A stretch of DNA of 64,000 nucleotides from Deferribacterales bacterium (GTDB taxonomy: Bacteria; Chrysiogenota; Deferribacteres; Deferribacterales; Geovibrionaceae), in assembly GCA_050253075.1 (NCBI GenBank), contig JBFWJS010000005.1, positions 115,237 through 179,236 on the forward strand. Direction: 5' to 3'. Positions 32,182 through 40,931 of the stretch are shown one piece after another. Positions within the stretch are counted from its first letter, which is position 1. Every line of letters starts with the position of its first letter. The position numbers and the translations under genes were made by a program. Under the pieces are notes generated by a model. The model did not search any database. It worked only from the letters and a program-made list of their open reading frames with translations, and was not told the DNA's origin.

Positions 32182-32208
32182 ATCTCTCTCCTTATTTCCT
32201 TTATCTCA

Positions 32209-32267
32209 GTCATCCTGAACATAGTGCAGGATCTGTCTGTCCTGATTCTTCGTTTACTCAGAATGAC
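32209..32267. repeat. GTCAT...ATGAC palindromic repeat
   Basis: gtcatcctgaac...gattcttcgtttactcagaatgac. Confidence 0.7.
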
Positions 32268-32276
32268 GTTTATCTC

Positions 32277-33203
32277 TCAAACCCTTTTTGCGACCCTCAT
32301 CTTAGAGCTGCGGCTTAACGGGTTTGCTTCTACTTCGTCCTTTTGAGGTTCCAGAGGTTTGCGGGTGAGCTGTTTGAATGTCCTCTTTTTATCGCAGGTG
32401 CACACGGGCATCTCCGACGGACAAACACACTCTTTCTCAAACTCTCTGAAAGCATCCTTGACTATCCTGTCCTCCAGTGAATGAAACGAGATAAAGGCGG
32501 CTATGCCCCCCTCGCTCACACGGTCTTCAAGTTTGCCAAGCATCGTTTCTATGCTCTCAAGCTCGCTGTTCACATATATGCGCAGAGCCTGAAAGGTCTT
32601 TGTGGCAGGGTTTATACCCGGCTTCTGAGCCTTTCTTGGTATTGCCGATGCGACTATCTCTGCCAGACGTGTCGTCGTGTTGATGGACTCCGTCTCCCTC
32701 GCAGATACTATCGCCCCTGCTATATTCCATGCGAAGCTGTCTTCGCCATATTTTCTTATGATGTCGCTCAGCTCTTCTCTGGAGAAGCTGTTCACCACAT
32801 CGGATGCAGAAAGTCTTTCATTCTGATTCATCCTCATGTCGAGCGGTCCCTCACTCCTAAAGGAGAAGCCCCTCTCGGCAACTTTCAGGTGGTAAAGTGA
32901 AACTCCGAAGTCAGCCAAAACAGATGTTACAGATGGGATACCCAGTTCATCGAGAACAAGGTCGAATTCGGAAAAGTTGGAATGAACTATGGTAACTCTG
33001 GAGTCACCTTTAAAGCGGTCTTTCAGCCTTTCGACTGCGTCCAGATCTCTGTCCAGAACGATAAGTCTACCCCTCTCAGAGATCTTTTCAAGCATCGCAG
33101 CAGAGTGACCGCCTCCGCCGCCTGTCATATCCAGGGTTATACCGTCTGGATCAGCCGGCAGATACTTCAGCACCTCCCTCATCATTACCGGTATGTGCTT
33201 CAT
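32277..33203 (-). CDS. rsmH: 16S rRNA m4C1402 methyltransferase
   Basis: MKHIPVM, GGGGHS, GFSF...PLDMRM, FQALRIYVN, SFHSLEDRIVK, NPLSRS. Confidence 0.97.
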   Translation of the reverse strand: MKHIPVMMREVLKYLPADPDGITLDMTGGGGGHSAAMLEKISERGRLIVLDRDLDAVERLKDRFKGDSRVTIVHSNFSEFDLVLDELGIPSVTSVLADFGVSLYHLKVAERGFSFRSEGPLDMRMNQNERLSASDVVNSFSREELSDIIRKYGEDSFAWNIAGAIVSARETESINTTTRLAEIVASAIPRKAQKPGINPATKTFQALRIYVNSELESIETMLGKLEDRVSEGGIAAFISFHSLEDRIVKDAFREFEKECVCPSEMPVCTCDKKRTFKQLTRKPLEPQKDEVEANPLSRSSKMRVAKRV

Positions 33204-33378
33204 TCCTAACAACCGTCCCGACTGCCATGCCATCCGTACTAAGTCTGACAAAGCTGCCTTTTTGCATAAATCTGTAACACTCTTTCGCAAGAGTCTCACG
33301 GTCCAGGTCCTTCATGTCGAAAACCGACAGGTCACAGCCTGAATTTACCTTATGGGCCAGCCAAGAAAACACTGACAT
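33151..33378 (-). CDS. small hypothetical protein between mraZ and rsmH (weakly STAS-like)
   Basis: AAGGAG RBS ahead of the ATG at 33378; fills the mraZ-rsmH gap and overlaps the rsmH start. Confidence 0.45.
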   Translation of the reverse strand: MSVFSWLAHKVNSGCDLSVFDMKDLDRETLAKECYRFMQKGSFVRLSTDGMAVGTVVRNEAHTGNDEGGAEVSAG

Positions 33379-33416
33379 AAAATGCTCCTTACGTGTCTAC
33401 TTGCGGCCTGCCATCA

Positions 33417-33863
33417 TTATCTGATCTTTCCGGCGAACTTCTTATAAAGTTCCGCCTTTTTGTTGTCTGTAGACTTGTTCTCCCAGACAGCGGCAGGCCA
33501 TATCTCGAAATGGTTACGCAGACCATTTACGATACATTCACCCTTGATGCCGCACCTTTCTCTGATTTCAGAAGAGATCATCACACGTCCGTTTTTGTCT
33601 ATGGACAGCTCGTCCATATCTGCATACAGCAGTCTGAGAAACTCCTGAAACTCCTCGTCGTCGTTGGATTCGTCCTCCAACCTGGCTTCCTCTCTGTCCC
33701 ACTCGGCAGTTGGATAAAGTCTGAGGTGGTCCTCCATTGACAACAGTGTAAGCTCATCACTGCCGTACTTAACCTTAAGTATCTCTCTGAACTTCGAAGG
33801 AACAGAGATACGTCCGGTCTCACTAATTTTGTGTTGGTGGTGTCCTCTAAAACTTCCTGCCAT
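33417..33863 (-). CDS. mraZ: division/cell wall cluster regulator MraZ
   Basis: FRG...GRISVPSKFR, IDKNGRVMI, FEIW; first gene of the dcw cluster. Confidence 0.93.
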   Translation of the reverse strand: MAGSFRGHHQHKISETGRISVPSKFREILKVKYGSDELTLLSMEDHLRLYPTAEWDREEARLEDESNDDEEFQEFLRLLYADMDELSIDKNGRVMISSEIRERCGIKGECIVNGLRNHFEIWPAAVWENKSTDNKKAELYKKFAGKIR

Positions 33864-33864
33864 T

Positions 33865-33914
33865 TTTATACCAATTTGTACCTTCTTATGACAATATCGT
33901 ACAATTTATGCCAA
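33865..33914 (-). promoter_or_regulatory. five tandem 10-bp repeats, probable MraZ operator
   Basis: Minus strand: TTGGCATAAA TTGTACGATA TTGTCATAAG AAGGTACAAA TTGGTATAAA, ending 1 nt before the mraZ ATG. Confidence 0.7.
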
Positions 33915-33943
33915 AGTTAACAAATAATATGTAATTATGTCAA
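33914..33943 (-). promoter_or_regulatory. sigma70 promoter of the dcw operon
   Basis: TTGACA (33943-33938), 18 bp spacer, TAACTT with an extended -10 TG. Confidence 0.6.
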
Positions 33944-34098
33944 GGGATATTGATTTTGTCCTATTTAGCTCTAATTCAGTGTTTTAGGGGATTTACGCAC
34001 TATTATTAATGCTTTAATGTGAAAATTCACTCATGTGTAGAAAAAATATTTTTTTAGAAATGCTGAAGTGAGTATTTTTTGTGCAGTAATTTTGGAGA

Positions 34099-34131
34099 AA
34101 AAAAAGCCCCGCTCGTTAAAAGCAGGGCTTC
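34099..34131 (-). terminator. terminator after the MCP gene
   Basis: AAGCCCTGCT...AGCGGGGCTT followed by a T run on the minus strand. Confidence 0.7.
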
Positions 34132-34144
34132 GTTTATCAGTTGT

Positions 34145-36436
34145 TTATATGCATTTAGCCTTGTCGAACATGATCTCAAGATACTTGATGAGCTGCTCCA
34201 CTCTGCTGTGCATTTTCATCAGATCCTCATAGGCGGCATCCATATTACCTTTCGCTATCATATCAGAGATATGGTGTGAAAGCTGGTGCACCTCTTTGTG
34301 AGGAGCCTCGATAGCTTTGAAGTCTGCATCATTTTTATACAGCTCCTGTATGTCCTTGGAGAAGTATATCTGGCCGAAATCACACTCATGGTCACTTTTA
34401 AGTCCCTGAGGCCTGTTTCCGGTCATGAAAGCGGTGAACAGGTTCTTAAGGTATTTGACGTGTGCCATCTTCGCCTTAACGAAGACTATACCTTTGCAGG
34501 AGAGCTCATACTGAATGAGGTCTTTCTCAAGTGTGGCAAGGTCGTCCATAAGCCCGTATATCTGCCCCATAAGCCCCATAACATTGTCTCTGGATGTGCC
34601 GGATGCAGCGGCAACCTTCTCAATACTGTTGGCAACCTCTGCTGTGGCGCCTGCCTGCTGTTCGGATGCTGTGGATATATTAAGGAGCAGTCCGTTCAGT
34701 TCCTCCACAGAGCTGAGGATATCCTGAAATCTGCTGTTTGCCTCTTCGCTGGTTTTCACCTGTGACGAGATGCTCTCGGAAACCTCGGCGGCGTTTCTAT
34801 CCGCACGGGTCACGTTTTCCTGAATGATCTTCACCATCTTTTCGATCTCGTTGGTGGATGCGAGGGTCTTTTCTGCTAGCTTTCTGACCTCGTCGGCAAC
34901 AACGGCAAAGCCTCTGCCCGCTTCCCCTGCTCTGGCAGCCTCGATGGCAGCGTTCAGTGCGAGCAGGTTTGTCTGTTCGGAAATGTCGTTGATGACCTCT
35001 ACCACAGAGCCGATACTCTGGGCGTTTTCGGTCAGAGAGTTAATGTCGCTTGCGAGACTGTCTACTACAGATTTAACATTCTCTGCTTTCTCGGCAGCTT
35101 CACGTACAAGGTCTGAGCCCTCTGTGGCAAGGCTGAGGGTCTGCTCGCCTTTGGCGGCGACATCGGCAGTGTTTCTGGATATCTCCTCCACGGTGATGCT
35201 CATCTCTTCCCCCGCAGCAGCAACAGTGGCCGCAAGGTCTACGTTCTCGTTGGAAGACTTGCGCACTTCCGTCAGAGCGTAATATATAGGCATGATCTTA
35301 CCCAGCAGGTTACCCAGCGAGTAAGTTGTTCTCGAAATATTTTTATCCATTGTATCGAGGAAGTCGTTCATTTTGAATGAAACAGACTCAAGCTCGTTAC
35401 CTTCTCTGTTCACAGGGATCCTTTTTGAGAGGTCTCCGTGTCCTTTTGTAACAGCTTCGATGATGCGTGTCATTGTCACCAGCAGCTTAAGGTAGTACTG
35501 CATGAAGTAGTAAAGGAATACGGCAAAGCCTGATGCCATTACGAATCCCACTATCAGCTTTTTCAGAGCATAGTTAAATGATGCCGCCAGTTTGTCAGAG
35601 ATATCCTTGAAGAGGATGACCTCTCCGATAGGCTCACCCTGAAAGTCTTTAAGCTCGACACTTTTGGAAAGTATCTTATGCCCGTCATATACAATGGTCT
35701 CCTCAGGAGCATACTGACTCATGAGGTCTCTGGAGTGTTCGTTGGTATATTTATAAAAGACAACGCCGTCTTTGACGATGTCGGTGTCTTTTGTTTCAAA
35801 CCTTTTTGCCTGCTTGAAGACAGAGTCTTTTATACCTATTACATAGTCCATGTCGAAAGTATCTTTGACACTTTCAAGCGAGCTGTCGATAGAACCGCCG
35901 TACTCAACAGAACCGTACAGCTTTCCTTCGTAAAAGACAGGGAAAACAGCTCTGAGTCCGGGGCCGCCACGACCGACCTCAAGCCCTATCATAGGCTTTT
36001 GCTGCTTGTTAGCATCTACGACAGTCTGTCTGAAAGATGAAAGGTCATCGCCGAATTTATCAGGTTTATGCAGACGCAGAAAGCTGATAGCAGGCGGAGT
36101 GTGAAACTGAAACTGGGCTATCCCGTAGTCATCCTTTATGTCTTTGAACAGAGGGAGATACTTCTTCAGCAGTCCTTCTCTGTCACCTTCAGCAAGCATT
36201 CTAGCAGTATCTTCATCTTTCGCCACCGTACGCACGGAGAGGGAGAGATCCCGCAGCTTATCATCCAGATTTTTGCTGAGAGAAGATGCCACATCCGTCA
36301 TGGTGTGTCTGGTGTCTTCGAAAAGTGCCGAGCGATAAGATACGTAGTCATACCCTGCCAGTATAATAGTAATGAATAGAATACCGATATAGGCGGTGAT
36401 GGATACAACTTGCTTTATACTAAGTCTCAATCTCAT
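34145..36436 (-). CDS. methyl-accepting chemotaxis protein (dCache-type sensor, HAMP, MA, C-terminal CZB)
   Basis: [18 protein letters not shown]ache motif, [36 protein letters not shown]-terminal AH...HECDFG...H...H zinc-binding CZB motif. Confidence 0.93.
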   Translation of the reverse strand: MRLRLSIKQVVSITAYIGILFITIILAGYDYVSYRSALFEDTRHTMTDVASSLSKNLDDKLRDLSLSVRTVAKDEDTARMLAEGDREGLLKKYLPLFKDIKDDYGIAQFQFHTPPAISFLRLHKPDKFGDDLSSFRQTVVDANKQQKPMIGLEVGRGGPGLRAVFPVFYEGKLYGSVEYGGSIDSSLESVKDTFDMDYVIGIKDSVFKQAKRFETKDTDIVKDGVVFYKYTNEHSRDLMSQYAPEETIVYDGHKILSKSVELKDFQGEPIGEVILFKDISDKLAASFNYALKKLIVGFVMASGFAVFLYYFMQYYLKLLVTMTRIIEAVTKGHGDLSKRIPVNREGNELESVSFKMNDFLDTMDKNISRTTYSLGNLLGKIMPIYYALTEVRKSSNENVDLAATVAAAGEEMSITVEEISRNTADVAAKGEQTLSLATEGSDLVREAAEKAENVKSVVDSLASDINSLTENAQSIGSVVEVINDISEQTNLLALNAAIEAARAGEAGRGFAVVADEVRKLAEKTLASTNEIEKMVKIIQENVTRADRNAAEVSESISSQVKTSEEANSRFQDILSSVEELNGLLLNISTASEQQAGATAEVANSIEKVAAASGTSRDNVMGLMGQIYGLMDDLATLEKDLIQYELSCKGIVFVKAKMAHVKYLKNLFTAFMTGNRPQGLKSDHECDFGQIYFSKDIQELYKNDADFKAIEAPHKEVHQLSHHISDMIAKGNMDAAYEDLMKMHSRVEQLIKYLEIMFDKAKCI

Positions 36437-36544
36437 ATAATACCCCTAAAAAAATAAAGTTTATCTTTACAATACCTTCGTATCTTAATAAATTAACATC
36501 TAGCGAAGTTTTTCGCATCACAAATTTTACACTTTCGCAAAGAT

Positions 36545-37324
36545 ATGAATATGAATAACAAATTTATACAACTCGTTGAAATCGTTAAAACTTTACGCAG
36601 TCCTGAAGGGTGCCCGTGGGACAGGGAACAAAATCTTTTATCAATTAAAAATCATTTTCTGGAAGAAGCCTTTGAGCTTGTCGATGCACTGGACAACGAA
36701 GACATCCCGAATATAAGGGAAGAGCTCGGAGACATCATATTCCACGTAGTATTTCATTCTGTGATGGCAGAGGAAGAGGGAAAATTCAACCTTGAAGATG
36801 TCATTGCAGAGGTAAATGAAAAGCTGATACGCAGACACCCCCATGTTTTCGGCGATCTGGGCAAGATAGGCACCGAAGAGGTCGTGATAAACTGGGAAAA
36901 GATCAAAGAGCAGGAAAAGAAAGATAAGAGGAAATCAGTTCTGGATGATATACCGGGCAGTTTCCCTTCCATACAGCGTTCGCAAAAGATGCAGGAGCGT
37001 GTGAGAAAGGTCGGATTCGACTGGCCAAATATGGAAGAATGCATGGAAAAGGTGAATGAGGAGATAGGCGAATTCAAAGAAGCTGTCGGCACAGGCAGTA
37101 AAAAAGATATCGAGCACGAGCTCGGCGATGTCTTCTTCGCACTGATAAACCTTTCACGATTTTTAAAAGTAGACCCGGACGAAGCACTGCGAAAAGCAAA
37201 TAAAAGATTCCACAAACGTTTCTCATACATTGAACAAAGCCTTCAGGAGAGAGGACTCAGCTCTGAGGATGCCACCATCGAACAGATGGAGGAGCTCTGG
37301 CAGGAAGCAAAAAAGATGGAATAA
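36545..37324 (+). CDS. mazG: nucleoside triphosphate pyrophosphohydrolase MazG
   Basis: GCPWDREQ, EELGD, KLIRRHPHVF, GFDW, HELGD. Confidence 0.96.
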   Translation: MNMNNKFIQLVEIVKTLRSPEGCPWDREQNLLSIKNHFLEEAFELVDALDNEDIPNIREELGDIIFHVVFHSVMAEEEGKFNLEDVIAEVNEKLIRRHPHVFGDLGKIGTEEVVINWEKIKEQEKKDKRKSVLDDIPGSFPSIQRSQKMQERVRKVGFDWPNMEECMEKVNEEIGEFKEAVGTGSKKDIEHELGDVFFALINLSRFLKVDPDEALRKANKRFHKRFSYIEQSLQERGLSSEDATIEQMEELWQEAKKME

Positions 37325-37429
37325 CGCTTGCAAATAACCCGGCTTAATATTAAGATTTACCTATAATTATTAGTTTCCGCACAATATTTTCGTTACTTTT
37401 TTATTCAATATTACTAATGGATTACAAAC

Positions 37430-38518
37430 ATGACCAAAGAACTGAATACGTTTCACACCGGCAAGTATCTTCTGTCTGCCGATATATGTTGCGACACCTC
37501 CGTACTGAATGAGGCGCTCAACGTTTTTATGCGTATGCCCCTCTTCCCGAATACCGTTGCGCACCTTAACGACAGCCAGACAGACGGCTTTGTATTTGCA
37601 GAAGCAAAACTAGAGGAAAACCCTGCCACATACGAGCAGGTATGCCGTATAACAAAGCATGCCCGTGAGAACTTTTCACAGGACACTTCGGCCATAGAAG
37701 TCATAAATATATTCGAGGCGCACAACCTCGCTCTGAAAAACCTCGGCACGGCTCTCACGCCGGAGCTTCTCGCTTCATTTCATAAGGAGCTCACGGCATC
37801 ACTGCCGAACATCAAAGAGACAAACGGCGCATACCGCAACGGCGGCGTAAAGGCAGACGGTAAATACCTCACGGTGAACTACACTCCGCCTGCGTCCACA
37901 CTGGACATAAACTTTCTTATAAAGAACCTGTTCGACTGGCTGGAAAACGACGCTAAAACTCTAAACCCTATAATAAAAGCGATACTCCTGCACCTGCATA
38001 TAAAAAAGATACAGCCTTTTTCCAACGCAAACGGACACCTCGCACGCATCATGGAGATGTGGTATCTGAAAAAGAGCGGAATAAAGTTTCTGCCATACAT
38101 GCTTTCAGGTATTTATAAAGAAAATAAAGACGAATATTATAAATGTGTTTCCGAGTTTTATACATCCTCGGACATAAATCCGTTTCTGAAATTCATATCG
38201 GCAAAGCTGGAAAAGACCGTCACAGACATACGTGATGCGAACTATTCCGCCATGTCTGCCGTGATATCAGACGCATATCTTTCATCCCTTTTGAACGACA
38301 AGTCTCTGATAAAGCGCCAGTATGATTTCCTCTGTGCAGTCCGTGAGAGCGGAGAAGTCTTCACACAGGAAGACCTGCAGCTCAAGAAGCAGTTTACAAA
38401 GCTGTACGGAAAGGTCAGCAGGACAACTGTTTCAAGGGATATTAAGAAATTTGAAGAGATGGCTCTGATAACAGCAGAAGGTAACGGCTACGTTTTCAAC
38501 AAAGCAGCACTGGCATAG
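37430..38518 (+). CDS. degenerate Fic-domain protein with C-terminal winged HTH (Fic-2)
   Basis: NGAYR, YTPP, motif IQPFSNANGHLAR, C-terminal LIKRQ...SRTTVSRDIKKF. Confidence 0.82.
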   Translation: MTKELNTFHTGKYLLSADICCDTSVLNEALNVFMRMPLFPNTVAHLNDSQTDGFVFAEAKLEENPATYEQVCRITKHARENFSQDTSAIEVINIFEAHNLALKNLGTALTPELLASFHKELTASLPNIKETNGAYRNGGVKADGKYLTVNYTPPASTLDINFLIKNLFDWLENDAKTLNPIIKAILLHLHIKKIQPFSNANGHLARIMEMWYLKKSGIKFLPYMLSGIYKENKDEYYKCVSEFYTSSDINPFLKFISAKLEKTVTDIRDANYSAMSAVISDAYLSSLLNDKSLIKRQYDFLCAVRESGEVFTQEDLQLKKQFTKLYGKVSRTTVSRDIKKFEEMALITAEGNGYVFNKAALA

Positions 38519-38521
38519 ACA

Positions 38522-39952
38522 TTATCTGAAGTTAATGGTCTCCTCTGCCTTGTCATAGTAATATTCGCCTTTGCCCCGCTCATTCTTAAGCAGTATAAAT
38601 TTACCCGCAATGGAAACACGCACCTCGGGCCAGATGGCTCTGCCCACGTTGATGGTGCCTTCCAACGGCGATGTCAGCATCTTTTGTATAGATTTCAGCT
38701 CGGCATTCTTTTCCAGAAGCTCTTTGCGGAGCTGCTCTCTCTTTTTTATCAGCTTTGCTATCTGGTCGTGCTTATCAGTACCAAACCCTGTGAATACGCT
38801 CTTCTTATTCGCACCGAGATAATCGTCTATACGTGTCAGATCCTTTGATATCTGGAACCTTCTGGCGACGACTTCCCTCAGAAGCAAAACGTCTCTGGCG
38901 GATTTATAAAGTGCCACTTCGGTCTTTACATAGCTTTCAGAGCCGAATATCTTCGCCTCAATGCTGTCCACTGCGAAAAGGCTCCCGCCGACAATAGCTC
39001 CGGGCGAGCCCTCAACGATGATGCTCCCTTCGGAATATATCTCTGAGCTGACTATTGATTTCTTTACGGTCAGACTTTCCTTGCATATAACTTTCGCATA
39101 CTGCATGAATTTACAGTAGACTCCGCCGCCGCTGTTGATGGTGGACTTCTGCGTGCCGCCGATTATACCCTGCTTTGCGACAACATCCCCTTTGGTGGTC
39201 ACATCCCCTCTGATGGTGTCTGCCACCACATCTTTCAGAGCATGCACCTCAAAGCCTGCTTTGATGACGCCCCTTACTATGACAGAACCGGGGAAGTCGA
39301 TATTGCCCGTAGTATAGTCTACATCTCCGTTTACGAAATACACCTCGGAAACATCGAAATTAACTGTGCCGTCAGAATTCTTTTTATACTCGATGAGCCC
39401 GTCTATCCTGCTTATTATCTTTCGCCCTTCGATGAAGACATTCTCGCCGAGACGCAGATCGACACCTTCGCCGTCATGCCCGGGGATAGGATTGCCGTAG
39501 ACATCCATCCCGTCGTTACCTTTTGTGGGCTGTATTATCATGGCTACGGGCTTATCTTTTTCGCCCATCGCCAGCATCTTTCTTTTATATGTTTTATAGT
39601 CTACCTGAGTGAGGTCTTCGGATGAGACAATGATGTCCTCAGGCTCTTTTGTGCGCAGTATGAGCTCACCGGGCTGACCATGAACGGCATGGCGTCCTTT
39701 GGCAATGCGGTATTTCGGCTCCAGCTTCAGCTTGTCGTAAAGCTGCTTCTGCAGATCACTGAGGAGCTCTGCATCAATGCCGAATGAGATGCTCCTTTCC
39801 GCCAGCAGTTCTTTCAGGTCTGTGGGCAGCGGCTTCATCGGCACGATAAGATAGGCTGTCATCCCGTCTTCGTCTATCTCGACGTAGGGGGTCTCTCCTA
39901 TCGGCTCTTCTTCTTCAAAAAGAGAACCTCTGAGGTCTTTTCCTTCACTCAT
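38522..39952 (-). CDS. FapA / DUF342-family protein
   Basis: EDGMTAYL, ISFGID, IAKG, PTKGNDGMDVYGNPIP, GDVDYTTGNIDFPGSVIVRG, beta-helix repeats. Confidence 0.88.
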   Translation of the reverse strand: MSEGKDLRGSLFEEEEPIGETPYVEIDEDGMTAYLIVPMKPLPTDLKELLAERSISFGIDAELLSDLQKQLYDKLKLEPKYRIAKGRHAVHGQPGELILRTKEPEDIIVSSEDLTQVDYKTYKRKMLAMGEKDKPVAMIIQPTKGNDGMDVYGNPIPGHDGEGVDLRLGENVFIEGRKIISRIDGLIEYKKNSDGTVNFDVSEVYFVNGDVDYTTGNIDFPGSVIVRGVIKAGFEVHALKDVVADTIRGDVTTKGDVVAKQGIIGGTQKSTINSGGGVYCKFMQYAKVICKESLTVKKSIVSSEIYSEGSIIVEGSPGAIVGGSLFAVDSIEAKIFGSESYVKTEVALYKSARDVLLLREVVARRFQISKDLTRIDDYLGANKKSVFTGFGTDKHDQIAKLIKKREQLRKELLEKNAELKSIQKMLTSPLEGTINVGRAIWPEVRVSIAGKFILLKNERGKGEYYYDKAEETINFR

Positions 39953-40818
39953 TCTATACTATCCATTCTGATTACAGATACGGCGTACTTCGGCAGTTCC
40001 AAAGCGGACACGGTGGTAAGGCTGGCAAGAACCTCAACAGGTCCCTCCTCTAGCCCGAGCAGATTGACCTTTACGGTCTTTCCGTTTGATTCCATTACTT
40101 TCTGAAAGTCTTCATGCTTTTCAAAAAGCTCCGAAACATCTCTGCCGATGAGAGTATCGCCCTCTTTAAATAAGTTTATCGCAGAAAAATTCATATCCTC
40201 GATGATGTTAAAACAGTCATAAACGATGCGCGCACGGGGAGAATTTTCATAAAGAGCCTTATAAAATGCCTCGCCCTGCCATGCACGTTCCTCGCTCTCT
40301 TTGTGTTCGGAAACATCGAGGATTATACCGAGAATCCCTGCGACCGTACCGACGGATGTCAGTATTATTTTCTTGTGTATAACGTGATAACTGTTCCCCA
40401 TTGCAGAGAATTTGCCCCTGTGCTCCACCAGCTCGTTCCGCAGCTCGCTGACGAGTATGCCGTTGCTGGTGGTAAAGACCTCTGCCTCCTCATGGGAAAA
40501 AATGTCAAAAACAGTCTTGCCTATTATCTGATCTTTGCTCCTCTCGTAAAGGTCTGCTAAGGCTTCGTTGCACCCGATATATACGCCGAATATATCTTTG
40601 TAATATACGGGAACGGGGAGCATATCGAGTATCTTCTGCAGAAATGTCGCATCGGTTGTGATGCAGTGGAGATCGCAGAAACCGCCGCCCATTATATGCA
40701 GCAGTGAGTTGCTGAGTTCCGTGCGGCTTCCGCCGTTTTCGATCAGGTTTATTGCTTCTTTTAAGCCTGCAATAATGTTCTCAGTATCGATTCTTACATC
40801 CATTACACATCTCCGCAT
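39949..40818 (-). CDS. tandem PAS-domain protein with no output domain
   Basis: LDMLPVPVYYKDIFGVYIGCN...IIGKTVFDIF...DVSEHK and a second PAS (LYENSP...IGRDV). ATGA overlap with the FapA gene. Confidence 0.78.
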   Translation of the reverse strand: MRRCVMDVRIDTENIIAGLKEAINLIENGGSRTELSNSLLHIMGGGFCDLHCITTDATFLQKILDMLPVPVYYKDIFGVYIGCNEALADLYERSKDQIIGKTVFDIFSHEEAEVFTTSNGILVSELRNELVEHRGKFSAMGNSYHVIHKKIILTSVGTVAGILGIILDVSEHKESEERAWQGEAFYKALYENSPRARIVYDCFNIIEDMNFSAINLFKEGDTLIGRDVSELFEKHEDFQKVMESNGKTVKVNLLGLEEGPVEVLASLTTVSALELPKYAVSVIRMDSIE

Positions 40819-40931
40819 CTCTGTTTAAACACCCTTTACTTATTAATATACACAGAGTTTTCTCTTTTCACAGCAGAAATTGAACATCAATTTCACTTGT
40901 ATTTTTACTGTTTTTACCATAACAATATCTA

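Noticed and set aside
33915..33945. dif-like sequence (ATAA...TTATGTCAA)
   Set aside because: The spacer and XerC arm do not fit, and the sequence is explained by the dcw -35/-10 promoter.
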